Positions 35,961 to 48,770 are shown, counted from the first letter of the stretch. The stretch is DNA of 64,000 nucleotides from Lama guanicoe (GCA_013239625.1 MU054400.1:4031802-4095801); one strand, 5' to 3'. A program made the numbers and translations. Notes: a model not told the origin generated them from the sequence alone.

Positions 35961-36866
35961 GATGTTCAATTCCAGTTGGTGATGCCACGTGGAAATGGCG
36001 TCCAAAGATGCCAGAGCTTCTGGATTTTTTTTCCAAAAGTTTTAATGGATACTTTTTTGATGTTTATGACACTGTGTGTGCTTTCTGGAACTCCCTACCG
36101 AGACATTGGCAGGCCTGTGGGTCATCTGTTTGCAGTTGCCAGTGTGGGAAATGGGAAATCACTGAACCTTTATTGAACTGGAGAATAACATGATTCCACT
36201 GATCTGACTCAAAGCACTCAAGGGCTAGTAAGATTTCATATATATAAATATATTACATATATTTATTTTATGTAAGATATGTACACATTAAATATTATAT
36301 ATGTACATTTTTTTAATGAAAATGAATCTTGCTCAATCCCTCACTGCCACAGTTGAAGTGAGGAGTTTATCAGTTGATTTTGGTGCTTTATCACTTTCCC
36401 TGGGGTGCACAGAATCCCTGCAGTGTTTGTAGCCCAGGGAAAGGAAGAAGGCCCTTGGTCCTAAGTCTCTGATGATTGCTGTAGCCATTGATCTTTTGCT
36501 TTGATCTCTTAGATTTGGTCACATGATAGGCACCTAATAAATATGGTTGTTGTGGTGGTGGTTATTTCTGAGCCCCATCAGTAACATAGATGTAGTAACA
36601 CCAACATTCCAGTGACGGTCTGAGGGTGTCTAACACTTAGGATAGAGGTGGTGACCAAAGACAGGAGTCCTTTTTGAGTCTGTTGGATAAATGAATCAAG
36701 AAGCCAAGAAGATGGCCAGGCGGCTAGGAGGGCTGGTTCAGTATAGGAGCCCTAGATGTATAGTAGAGGAAGCAAAGAAGGAAAAGGAGCAGAGTAAAGG
36801 TAGGGAGGGCACATTAAGATGGGGCGTTAGTCTTCCCGAGCCCTCCTGTCCTTGAGATTTTAGTTT

Positions 36867-37115
36867 TTTGTTTTTTAATTGAAGTATAGTCAGTAACAAT
36901 GTGTCAGTTTCTGGTGCACAGCACAATGTCCCAGCCGTACATATATCTACATATATTTGTTTTCATATTCCTTTTCATTAAAGGTTATTACAAGATATTG
37001 AATATAGTTCCCTGTACTATATCGAGGAAATTTGCTTTTTATCTTTTTTATATATAGTAGTTCACATTTGGAAATCTCCAACTCCCAAATTTATCCCTTC
37101 CCACCCCTTTCTCCC
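36867..37115 (-). mobile_element. L1 3' end with 14-bp TSD, inserted in an L2 remnant (~36820-37340)
   Basis: AATTGAAGTATAGTCAG..CAAGATATTGAATATAGTTCCCTGT; TSD TGAGATTTTAGTTT (36853-36866) / TGAGATTTCAGTTT (37116-37129). Confidence 0.9.
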
Positions 37116-39509
37116 TGAGATTTCAGTTTATAATCTCATGTCAGAAAGGACTTTCTGATCACCCAGTTACTTTCATCATGTGGCCCTGATTCTAATGACT
37201 TAGAAAGGCTTTGCAGTAACTAACATTTTCTTGTTTATTGATTTGTTTCCTATCGTTTGCACCCTGGAGTCTCCAGAACCTACAACATGCTCTGTACATA
37301 CAGGCACTCCGTAAATACTAGTTGGCTGAGTGCATGCATACTTTGCAAATTTGCCCGAGACCAGCTTTGCTTTTATTTATGCACTTTAGAAGAAGGAGAG
37401 CCCACCAATGTCTGGGTTATGGCAAGACAGGAAATGCTAGTAGAGATGGATTAGCAATTGCATTTACAATCCCCATCTCGTCTCCAAGTTTGTCCAGGCC
37501 TTGAGGCCCTGGACTAGAGTTCAAACCCCCTTTTGAAAAAAATTAAGATGGAGAGATTCTTCTTGGAAGTTCCCTGTTTCACTGAGGCTCTTGTCTCCCT
37601 GGAGAAGAGCTCATCCCAGAGTGCAGAGACTTCTAGATAAAGTGAGGCAGTGAGGCAATGCTGGCTGCAAACCAAATTCAACACAATGGGGAGATAAGCT
37701 AGTCCCTAAACCATACTTCCGTGGGGCTCAAATCAGAGGAGAATTGGTAACGACCTCCTTTCTCCCATTTGGTTTTGCAGCTGAAACAAAACTTTCACCC
37801 CTGCCAAAACCCTCAAACACGGAAACGTGGTGTTAAAGCAGTTTTGACGGGAAAATGAGCTAAATGTCCTCATTTCATGATGAAACTGACTATTAATGTT
37901 GTTATAAATAGTGTATTCTACTGTTCATATAAGCCTTGACTTCATATACATTTAACATTCCAAAGTGCCTTTTCCTTTTTATTTCACTTTATCTTTGCAA
38001 CATTCTTAGATGTAAGTTATCAGCCCCATATTAGAGGATCTGAAAGCCATGACCCAAAATGATTGTGTGCTTTGCCCAGGGGCATGGAGCTACTTATCAG
38101 AAGATCTGCATTTTAGTATTGGCTTTGTCACTAGGTCATATTTTATGCTTCTGTCTCCATCTGCACTATCAGTCTCAAAGCTAGCTCTTCCTAAGAAATT
38201 GGAAGCATCCCCAGATCAGAGCAATTAAAATATGGATTTAGGGAATGAGAGAAATTACTCTTAGATTACTTGTTCCAAAAAAGCTACATGTTACAATGAT
38301 CCAGGTATGTACTGATCATCACTGACAACACATGCAATAATTAACAAATTATATTTTATGTGGGGCATTCTAGATCACAGTTGTAAGGGGATAATAATGA
38401 TGCCTTGTAATTGTATTTGCTTTCATCTTTGCAAAGAGCTTTCAAATCTATTGTTTCATTCTTATTTTTACAGATGATGCCTTAAATTCTGATAATACGG
38501 TACTATCAGGTTCTAGAGTCAGATGATTCTTAACAACATTTGCAAATTATAGCAGAATGCCCAGGCTGTGGTCTAGGGTAAAAAGCAAGTTGAATTGCCC
38601 TTCAGAATACCTGGCAGCAAAGTAACAGTGGGAAAAGAAAAATCCTACATATTTAAACACTCAACTGTCTTAATTCCCTTGGGATTTCAGGCTCTGTTCG
38701 TAACAGTAAATGTTTTGGCATCAGCTAAAACTGCAAGTCGTATTCACCATAGTGCAGAGTAAAATGTCAGTGAGCGTTCTTGCATCCACTTGTTGCTGGG
38801 ATTAAGACCGCACCAGTAATTAGCTATAACTCATTTGCCTCAGCAATTACCCACAATTATTCATAATCTCATGGGTAATGAAGCACACAACGCAATTGGC
38901 CCATGCCGCCTTTTGGGTGCTGACCCTATGGGTGAGAGGTCATTCCAGGCATGAGGATAAGGACTTTCAGCAGAGTCAGTGGGTCTGGTAGACAACATGT
39001 GAAAATAATTTACTAGAGACAGTATAAAGACGTTGTGCATGCAGGGGAAGCTTCATAATTTCTTTTTAAGTGAAAGAACAGAAACAATTTTTGGCTTGCT
39101 TGTTGTTTGAAATGAATGCTCTGGAAAACAATATGGCGAGCTTTCCTGGGAGTGTTCGATGCAGACTCAGTCTAAGATAAAGATCACATGTCTGTTTGGG
39201 GTAGAAAACTGCAGAGGGAGGGGAGTGTGACTGAGTCAAGAAATCTTTGGGATGGAATTTGTGGATTCTCAGCCTACAGCCCTTCCAGAAGCAAACATTC
39301 ACTCAAGCACTACGTTACCTTATTCTCTGCAGAACCCTAAAAGTGCTTTAAAAGTGAAGCTCTCCCCAGCAGGGTGGAGGGTTGAAATAATGGGTTACCA
39401 GTAATTGTGTCACATGGGGACATGTTTGTTTCAAGGCTTTAGTCTTTTTTTTTTTTTAATTAGAGAATGGATTATTCCTGAACTGGTTTTCATAGCTTAG
39501 ATTTATAGT

Positions 39510-39920
39510 CTATCCTAGTGGTTAAGAGTAGAGATTTTTGGAGTGACATTAAAGCTGAGTTCCAATGCTGGCTCTACAGTACACCACCCGGGCAAATTGC
39601 TTAGTCTTTCTGAGGCCCAGTTTCTTTTTCTGTAAATGGGTAAAATACTAAGTACTACCTCCCTGGGCAGGTCACGTTAAAGCTCTTACCGGAGGACTTG
39701 ACGTTAAGTCTACCGTATGTCCTTGTTATTGTCATCGATCTTATTACCTTACAAAATGCTACGTGTTCTGCTTGTTCCACAAAATCAGCCTGGGATTGTG
39801 TCCTCTCCATTTGACAAGTGAGGAAAGTGAGCCCCAGAAAGGGTATATGCTGTGCTGAATTAATACAATTAGGAGTGTGGAGCTAGAACTCTGAGCTCTG
39901 ATCAAGTCTTCCATTCAGAG
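39510..39920. mobile_element. Two MIR remnants in opposite orientation (+ ~39510-39730; - ~39740-39920)
   Basis: TAGTGGTTAAGAG..GGGCAAATTGCTTAG..CCCAGTTTC..CTGTAAATGGG; then CCATTTGACAAGTGAGGAAAGTGAG. Confidence 0.6.
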
Positions 39921-40082
39921 AGCTCACTGGTTTAAGATAAAGGCATCAGGTATACGCTATTGTTAACCAGAGCTCTATGTATTCTCCATACGTAAATGTC
40001 AAGGATGCAGTTTTCCTCTCTTTAGCTCCTTTGGCTCTGCCTACAAATCCTCACTAGTTACTCTTTTTAATTAGTGAAGTGG

Positions 40083-40606
40083 TGTGGTAGGCAGAATAAT
40101 GGCCCCACAAAGATAACCATGCCCTAATCCCTGGAACCTGTGAATATTTTAGGCAACATGGCAAAGGGGAATTAAAGTTGTAGGTAGAATTAAGGTTGCT
40201 AATCGGCTGATCTTAAAGTAGGGAGATTATCCTGGATTATTTGGGCAAACTTGATGTCATGACAAAGATCCTTAGAAGTAGTAGAGGGAAGCAGGAGATA
40301 AAAGCCAGAGAGGAAGATGTGGCCCTGGAGAGGTCAGAGTGATGTGATGTGAGAAGCATTCCCACTTTTGCTGGCTTTGAAGGAAGAGGAAGGGTCCATG
40401 AGCCAAGGAATGTGAGCGGTCTCTAGGAACTAGACAAGATAGAGAAATGGATTCTCCCCTAGAGCTTTCAGAAGTGAACATCAGGATTTTTGCCCAGTGA
40501 GACCCATATTGGACTTCTAACCTACAAAACTGTAAGATAAATAAATTTTTGTTATTTCAGCCCACCAAGCTTGTGGTGGTTATAGCAGCAATAGAAAACT
40601 AATACT
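40083..40606 (+). mobile_element. MLT1D-like MaLR solo LTR, full length
   Basis: TGTGGTAGGCAGAATAATGGCCCC..CCCTAATCCCTGGAACCTGTGAATAT..GGGAGATTATCCTGGATTAT..CATGAGCCAAGGAATG..GCAGCAATAGAAAACTAATAC. Confidence 0.92.
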
Positions 40607-40869
40607 AGCCATGTCAAGTTTTCTTCGCATGTATCGGAACTGAAGATCAAATACTAGTAAGGGAAGATGGAGAAAAAATGTTGTAAGCTGTGTTTTCAGT
40701 TACGTTGAATTGCAAGTATAGCTGGCCCCAATCCAACCATTTGATAAAGTTTCCTATGAACAATAAAATGTTAACTGAGCATTTGACTAAGGACACTTAG
40801 ATGCCAGATCTTCAGCAATATTTAATGAGGTTCTTTTATTCAGATATTTTTAGAAATGTTAATTTATTA

Positions 40870-41105
40870 TACAAAGCTATCATTTCTTGAGAGCTTTCTG
40901 TGTATTGGGAACTGTGCTGAGTATTATGCATACATTTTATAATTTAATTCTTATAATTCATATGTGAGGTAGGTGCCATTATCCCTATTTTGTGGATGAG
41001 AAAAATAAGGTTCAGAATCCAGAGTCCCACAGCTAAGGAGTAGCAGAGCTGGGAATTAAGTGCCGCTCATTTAATTCTAGACCCTGAGCTACAAGGCTCT
41101 TAATT
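40870..41105 (-). mobile_element. MIR SINE
   Basis: TGTGAGGTAGGTGCCATTATCCCTATTTTGTGGATGAGAAAA..CACAGCTAAG..AGTAGCAGAGCTGGGA. Confidence 0.7.
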
Positions 41106-42999
41106 ATACTGACATCAACAAAGGATGGCCTGCTCCATGCAGAACTGGCTTCTCTGCAATGGAGTTAGAGCATGAAAGGAAGAGTCTGGGTGATGACAGC
41201 GAGCATGGAGAGTAGAGAGAAATGGAGGGCTTTAATGGAGTACTGGTGACAACTCTTGCAAGGAAGAAGGGTGTGAGAGAAGCTTGGGCCATTCTTCTGA
41301 GGGGAGAGCACTGCTGCATCACACAGGGATCTTCCATATCTCTGCACTCACCTTTGGTGTGTCAGTCTTCCTTCTCAGAAGGCTGTGGTTAGGTCCTTAC
41401 CCCAGTCTGGAGGCTGAGAAGGTAATTCTGCAGAGAACCTGCAGAACTCCATTGTTTTGATTTGGCAAAGACAGGAATGGTTGTCCCCATCCCGCACACC
41501 TACCTTATAGATTTTGCCTTATTTTGTATTCACAGTCTAGGCTAATGGCCCATGCGAGGACTTTCTGAAACAATTGCTCAGGTCTAGTTTTCTTACAAGC
41601 CCAGAGGGAAGCTCACACCTTGAACTAGCTTGGTCTTTGAGTGGAATGGGTGCCTTGTACCACATCGAAGAAAGAAGGAAGCATTTGTGGCAGATTCTCA
41701 GAGGTCCTTCTTATGTTGGGGTGTGGATGATTAAATGACACCCCACTTTCTTACCCTTGATCTAGGACCTTCTTAGCAACAAGTGTTGGACACTTAAGTT
41801 GATTTGCAAAGTAGCTCTTTAAAGTCTCAAACATTTATAAAACTAAGCAGCAAAGGAAGGAACTGTGTGCTACCACGTTGCACTTTTTTCCTTTTTTAAT
41901 ATTCAGCATCAACTTTGTTACAAAAAATTTTTCACTCAGTTCTTTTAGTGTGAATACATATAAGTACTTGTAAATTTTTGTAACAATACTTCTATATTGG
42001 TGGTAGAATATTGGATGCAATTATAAAATATGTGTACACTATGGCCAATACAAAATACCTTTCTGCAAAAACACTTGAGTGTTCAGGTCAGGATGGTGGA
42101 GTAGTGGGATGCAGAGCTCTCTTCATCCCACAAACATATCAAAAATGTATCTACATGTGGAGCACTTCTCACTGAGAGCTGGCTGGAGACTGGCAGAAAG
42201 ACTCTTTACAACCAAGGCTGGAAGAAAGATCCACGCAGAATTGAGTAGAAAGGGACAAGAAGCAATCAGGTCAGGCCCTGTGCTCCTGGGAGGGACACAG
42301 AAGAGGAGGGAGATTACATGGATGAAGATCCCCTCTGAGGAGTAAGAGGTTTAAACCACATACTGGGCACCCCAGACCTAGGGTCCAACACCAGGAAGAC
42401 AAGTCTGCCTAGCTGGAAAACTAGTGGGACTGACCTTGACTCTGCTTTTGACCAGCACACACACACAGTTGCTTACTCCTGAGATAAGACAGAGAAGGCA
42501 GATTGAGGCTGCACCAGACTCTGGCCAGTTAACTACAGTGGCCCAGCATGTGCCATGGTCTAAGCTGACTGCTGGCATTGGTGCAACTCCACAGTATGGT
42601 AACAGCTGCCAGCTGAGGGGAGTGCTCAGTCATGAGGGAAGAAGCCAGCCCAGACCCAAACTGTGTCTGAATGGGGCAGGGGCAGCCATTACTGATGCTT
42701 GCGGGAGCAGTGCATCAGAGGCAGTCCTGGACTCTGACTGTAGCTGGGACTGCCACAGCCTGCACCCAGACATGCCAAGCCTGCAGTGCCCTGCTGGCTC
42801 TTCAGTGCAACTCCACACTAGGATGAGAGCTGCACCAGCAGGCTGAAGGGAGTGCTCAGTTGTGAGGGACAGAGCCATCCCAGGCCCAGAACAGAATCTG
42901 ACTGGGATGGAGCCAGCCATTACTGGTGCTTATGGAGGCAGTGGTCAGAAGTGGCACATCACAGGTAGTCCAGGACTCTAATGGAGGCTGAAATAACAA

Positions 43000-43275
43000 G
43001 TAAGAAGAACTCAAACAGATCCACACCAAGACACAGCATAATTAAAATGTCAAAAGTTAAAGACAGAGAATTCTAAAAGCAGCAAGAGGAAAAACAGAGT
43101 CATATACAAGGGAACCCCTATGAAGATATCAGCAGATTTATCTGCAGATATTTTGCAGGCCAGAAGGGAACAAAATGATATGTTTAAAGTGCTGAAAGGG
43201 AAAAAACCTAGAACCTCTACTCAACAAGATTATTATTTAGAATTGAAGGAGAAATAAAGAACTTCTCAGACAAGC
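43000..43275 (+). pseudogene. L1 ORF1p C-terminal remnant
   Basis: STPRHSIIKMSKVKD..ILKAARGK..YKGTPMKISADLSADILQARRE..FRIEGEIKNFSDK, with frameshifts. Confidence 0.88.
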
Positions 43276-45370
43276 ATGATCAAGTAGGATTTATCCCAGG
43301 AATGTAAGGATGGTTCAATATATGCAAATTAACCAATATGATACATCACATTAACAAAAGGAAGGATAAAAATCATATGATCATCTGAATAGGATGCAGA
43401 AAAACACTTGACAAAATTAAACATCCATGCATAATAATTATCATCAGAGTTGGTATAAAGGGAACATATATCAACATAATAAAGTCCATTGATGACAAAC
43501 CCACAGTTAACATCACAGTCAACAGTTAAAAGCTTCTGTAAAATCAGGAACACGGCAATGATAACAACTCTCACCACTTCTATTTAACATAGTATTGGAA
43601 GTCCTAGCCAAAGCAATCAGAAGAAAAAGAAATAAAAGGGAAGAATTAAAATGGTCACTCTTTGCAGATAACAAGATACTATATAGAGAGAACCCTAAAG
43701 TCTCCATCAAAAGCTGTTAGAATTAATAAATGAATTAAGTAAAGTTACAGGATACAAGAATAATATACAATAATCTGTTGCTTTTCTAAACACTATTAGT
43801 GACTACCAGAAAGAGAAAGCAAGAAAAAAAATCCCATTTAAAATTACATCAAAATGAATAAAATACCTAGAAATTAACTTAACCAAGGAAGTGAAAGAGT
43901 TATGCTCTGAAAACTATAAAACATTGATGAAGGAAACTAAAGATGATGCAATGAAATGGAAAGATATCCTGTGTTCATGGATTGCAAAAATCAATATTGT
44001 TAAAATGGCCATACTCCCCAAAGCAGTATCTAAATTTAATGCAATCCCTATCAGAATACCCATGACCTTTTTTTCACAGAACTAGAACAAATAATCCTGA
44101 AATTCATATGGAACGACAAAAGACCCCAATTTGCCAAAGCAGTCTTGAGGAAGGAGGACAAAGCTAGAAGTATTGCCCTCCCTGACTTCAGGCTATAACA
44201 CAAAGCTACCGTAATCAAAACAAGCATGGTACTCACATAAAAACAGACACATAGATCAATGGAACAGAATAGAGAGCCAGGAATAAAGCCATGTATGTAT
44301 GGTCAACTAATACAATAAAGAAGGCAAGATTATACAATGGAGAAAAGACAGTATATCAATAAGTGGTTCTGGGAATACTGAACAGCTATATGTAAAAGAT
44401 GAGATTAAAACACTTTCTCATACTGTATACAAAAATAAACTCAAAATGGATTAAAGACCTAAATGTAAGTACTGGAAACCATAAAACTAGAAGAAAACAT
44501 AGGCAGAACACTCTTTGACATAAATCACAGCAATAGATTTTTAGATCTGTTTCCTAAGGCAAAGGAAACAAAAGCAAAAATAAAACAAACGTGACCTAAT
44601 TAAACTTACAAGCTTTTGCACAGCAGAGAAAACCATCAACAAAACAAATAGACAATCAACTGAATGAAAGAAAATATTTGCAAATGATATGACCAATAAG
44701 AGGTTAATATCCACAATATATGAATAGCTTAAACAACTCAAGATCCAAAAAAAACCCAACAACAACCTGATTAAAAAATGAGCAGAGGACCTGAATAGAT
44801 ATTTTTCCAAAGAAGTCATACAGACAGATGACCAACAGGCACATGGAAATATGCTCAGCATTGCTAATCATCAGGGAAATGCAAATCAAAACCAAAATGA
44901 GCTATCACCTCGCACCTGTCAGAATGGCTGTCATCAAAAAGTCTACAAATAACAAATGTTGGCAAACATGTGGAGATAAGGGAGCCCTCCTACACTATTG
45001 GTGGGAATGCAGAGTGGTGCAGCCACTATGGAAAACTGTATGGAGGTTTCTCAAAAAACTAAAAATAGAACTGCCATATGATCAAGCAGTTTCACTCCTG
45101 GGTATATATTTGAAGAAAACAAAAACACCAACTCGAAAAGATACATGCACTCCAATGTTCATGGCAGCATTCCTTACAATAACCAAGATATGGAAGCAAC
45201 TTAAGTGTCCATCAACAGACAAACAGGTAAAGAAGAGGTGGTATATGTATACAATGCAATATTACTCAGCCATAAAAAAGAATGAAATTATGCCATTGCA
45301 ACATGGATGGACCTAGAAGGTGTTTTGCTTAGTAAAATAAGTCCAGACAGAGAAAGACAAATACTGTATG
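43275..45370 (+). pseudogene. L1 ORF2p RT and C-terminal remnant (no endonuclease domain)
   Basis: [32 protein letters not shown], catalytic FADD changed to FADN; ORF 43891-44085 [24 protein letters not shown] 44828-45316 REMQIKT..CWQTCGDKGALLHYWWEC..QPLWKTVWRFLKKL. Confidence 0.93.
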
Positions 45371-45769
45371 TCTTGTCTTACATGTGAAAATGTGAAACAT
45401 TAAATAGATGAATATCAACACAACAGCAACAGACCCATACGTATAGAGAACAAACTAATGATTCCCAGTGGGGAGAGGGAAATGGAGAGGGGCAAGATAG
45501 GTGTAGGAGATTAAGAGATACAAATTGCTATGTATAAAACAAATAAGCAACAAGGATATATTGCACAGCACAGAGAAACATAGCCATTATTTTGTAATAA
45601 CTGTCCATGGAGTGTAATCTATAAAAATGTTGAATTGAATTGAGAACACTGAATTATGTTGTACACCTGAAACTAATATAATATTGTGCATCAACTCTAC
45701 TTCAATAAAATAAATAAATTAATTTTAAAAAGCCCAAAGTACCTTTCTCTTCTATTGGATGTTTTTGGT

Positions 45770-47140
45770 AAACTCTTTATTTTACAACAATTTTAGACTC
45801 ATGGAAAAATTGCACATATTGTTCAGAGGGTCCACATATACTCTTTATTTGGCTTTCCTAATGTTAACAGCTCTTATGATCAGAGTACTGTTATCAAAAC
45901 CAGGATATTGCTGAGTAAACTACAGACTTTATTCAGATTTAAGCAAAATTTCCTTTAATGCTCCTTTCCTATTTGTGTATTCAGTCCCACTGCATTCAGT
46001 TGCTGTCACCTTAATCTCCTCTAGGCATGACAGTCCTGCATTCTTCGCTTGTCTTTCATGACCTTCACACTTCTGTGGAGTGCTGGTCACCTTTTCTGTA
46101 GAATGTCTCGCAATTTGTGTTTGCTTGATGTTTTCTTGTGACTTTATTGAGATTGTGCATTTTGGGCAAGAACACCACGGAAGTGATGTTGTGTACTCCT
46201 CAGTGCATCACATCAGGGTGTCCATAAGGTTAAATGTTTTTTCTCTTATGCTATTAATCTCAATCGCTTGGTTAAAGTGTCTCTTGGGTTTCTTCATTGT
46301 AATGTTACTATTTTTTCCTATATAATTGATAAATATCTCAGGCGAGATACTTTGTGACTATGCCATATCTTGTTTTTCCTCAAATTTTGCCCAATGACTT
46401 TAGCATCCATTGGTACATCTTACCTGCAATAATTATTACTCTAGTATCTGCCTGATGGTAATCTTTTTTATTTCCCTCATTCCTTTTACATTTATTAATT
46501 GTGATTCTTCTGTAAAGAAGAGCTGCCTTCCTCCCACCCCCAATTTGCTTATTGATCCAATTATTCATTTATGCCATTACACATCGACAATTATTTTATT
46601 CTCTGGGTTATAATCAAGTACTATAATTGGTTTGTGATCAAGTTATTGCAGCTTTGACCATGGGAGCCCCTCTAGGTTGGGTCCTTGTCCCTTGGCGTGC
46701 CCCCGTCTTTTGTTAAACACTTCCTTATTTTCTGGCATCACAAGGTCTTCCAGGATCATCTTGTATATTTCCTGGCCCACCCCTGGAATCAACCTTTTTT
46801 TTTTTTCAAGGAGCACCAATTTCTTTAATTGGAAAATAGTATATAGAGACCAAGATCTGGGTGCTGGGTGTGCTCAAGTTGCTGTGAGATTGTCATTGCT
46901 CCTAGGCTGTCTCAGCAGACAGAAGTTGGAAACATACACACACAAATACATGTCTATTTCTATATTTATGTATCTGCATATATGTTAGTTCACACTGAAT
47001 TCATGTTATACCTCTGATTCCAATCCAACACATAAACTCATCCTAGTCTCTCCCTTTCCTTATCTTTAACTTCTTTCTACAACAGTGAGGAATCTGGCTC
47101 TTGTTATCTACAATATACTTACTTATCCAGGAATAAAATA
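45770..47140 (-). mobile_element. Old L1 (L1MC/MD-like) 3' UTR
   Basis: AATTTTAGACTCATGGAAAAATTGCA..AAACTACAGACTTTATTCAGATT..CTTTCATGACCTT..TTTGGGCAAGAACACCAC..TTCTGGCATCACAAG..AGAGACCAAGATCTGGGTGCT. Confidence 0.8.
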
Positions 47141-48162
47141 AATAGTTACAGATTCATGGAAAGTCTTCATAGTAAAAGCTTTCATATTGCTCCACATGGT
47201 GGGCTTTCTCAGCCTCTGTTTTTCACACATATTTTACGCACAAGCAGCCTACAATTTCTCGTTTCTCCCACTGATCCTCCCGCTTGGTAGCCTCACTGTG
47301 TTCAGTGTAGTCCAAGTTACAGGGCACAGCACAACTGCCTGATATACCAAGTTGCCAATAAAGACATCCCTAGCTATGCACTGCGGTCTGCCCTGATAAA
47401 GGAAACGTCACTTTGTATTGGAAAAAAAGTCAGGTAAAAGAAGGAGGCTGTCACTCAGATTTAACCGCATGTTAATGTGGAACTCTGTCTTCTTTTCCCA
47501 ATTCTATGCTACCAGACAAAGCTGTAGAAGGAGCTGAAAGTAGAGAGTGGAGGTCTACCAGACCCCCCACGCCTTGTGAATTTCATATACCTGTCAGTTA
47601 CAAATAATTCATGAGAACTAGCTTAGACAGGCATGATTGGAAGCTCCCAAGGTGAGTCAGGGCTGTGTCAGGTGAACTGGCTGGAGATAAGCCTGTTTAA
47701 GACCCAATCCTCACCTCACTCCAAACTTAGAGAAGTCAGAGGCAGCAGAGGGAGGGGAGGAGGAGAAGAGAAAGTGCAAAGTGAAAAAAAAAGTCACCGA
47801 GAGGCTCCATACACCCCTCCTACTCCTGCAACTTCCAAGCTGATTTGGGCTCAAGTTGAGGCAGGGAAGACATTTTAAATTGGCTAAGATACTGGCAGTT
47901 TGATTCTATATTTAACTGACTTTTTGTCACTGAATAATAACTAGAAAAGAACTGGAATCTGCCTCATATTTCATCTAGGGCAGAAAAGAATGATTGGCAA
48001 AATTCGGTTGAAAGTGCTTTGTAAATGATAACGAGCTATACACTCTATTTCCTTATTCTAAGACACTTCCTTTTGCCCGCAATTATGTGAATATTTGTTT
48101 TTATTTTTTTCTTGAAATTGGGGTGCAGTTTAACATCAGTGAGTATATTTATCGAAGTTATA

Positions 48163-48251
48163 TCCTCCCTCCCTCTTTCCTTTCTTCCTCCCTCCCTCCT
48201 TCATTCCTTCTTCCCCTCCTGTCCTTCCTTCTTTCCCTCCTTTCCTTCCTT
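48163..48251. repeat. CT-rich low-complexity tract
   Basis: Almost pure pyrimidine (CCT/CTT/CCTT) on plus strand. Confidence 0.9.
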
Positions 48252-48663
48252 AGAACTGAGGAATTACTGCAAGTTCTCCTGTTTCACTCAGTATTCTTGA
48301 ATTGTGTATAAAAGTTTCCCAGTGGGAGATTATTTCTTAAGATTAGTGGTTACCAGAGGAGAAGAGGGGTGGGGAAAGAATATATGTTGAAGCATACAAG
48401 TGTTCCCTGATTTCTTTTGTGTTATCAGGCTAATAATCTCACACCAAGCTAAGAAATGGAAAGCTATATTTCCCCATCTTTAGCTATTTTTGGACTTATC
48501 TAAAGACAGATTTCACATTTTAGGCAAGTCACTTTGCTAAAATGTATTTTCCCTTGTTCAGTATGGTCCCAGAAGGGGAAAGGAAAGAGCAGATCTTTTC
48601 TATAGGAAAACTTGGAGCCAAACCGACAATCTCTCTAAACTTCGTCTTTTTTTTTTGATGCTG

Positions 48664-48770
48664 CCTTCTCCCCTCCTCTTCTTTCCTCTTCTTCCCCTTC
48701 CCCTTTTCCTCCCTTCCTCTTCCTCTCCCCCAACCCCCACTTCTCTTCCTCCTCCTCTTTCTTCTTTTTC
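48664..48770. repeat. CT-rich low-complexity tract
   Basis: Uninterrupted pyrimidines 48664-48731, near-pure to 48770. Confidence 0.9.

Larger units (their letters stand above)
42065..45734 (+). mobile_element. L1 with 5' UTR and A-rich tail, flanked by a 14-bp TSD, two large internal deletions; inactive
   Basis: TSD CAAAATACCTTTCT (42051-42064) / CAAAGTACCTTTCT (45735-45748). 5' UTR ~42080-42990; ORF1 C-terminal part ~43000-43275; ORF2 from HDQVGFIPG (43275) to ~45370; 3' UTR and A-rich tail. Confidence 0.92.

Noticed and set aside
42424..42920. 140-aa and 96-aa ORFs
   Set aside because: They fall in the GC-rich monomer region of the L1 5' UTR and do not resemble ORF1p.
44828..45316. 162-aa ORF as a host protein-coding gene
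   Set aside because: It is the C-terminal part of L1 ORF2p; the upstream ORF2 has stops, frameshifts, FADN at the catalytic motif and no endonuclease.
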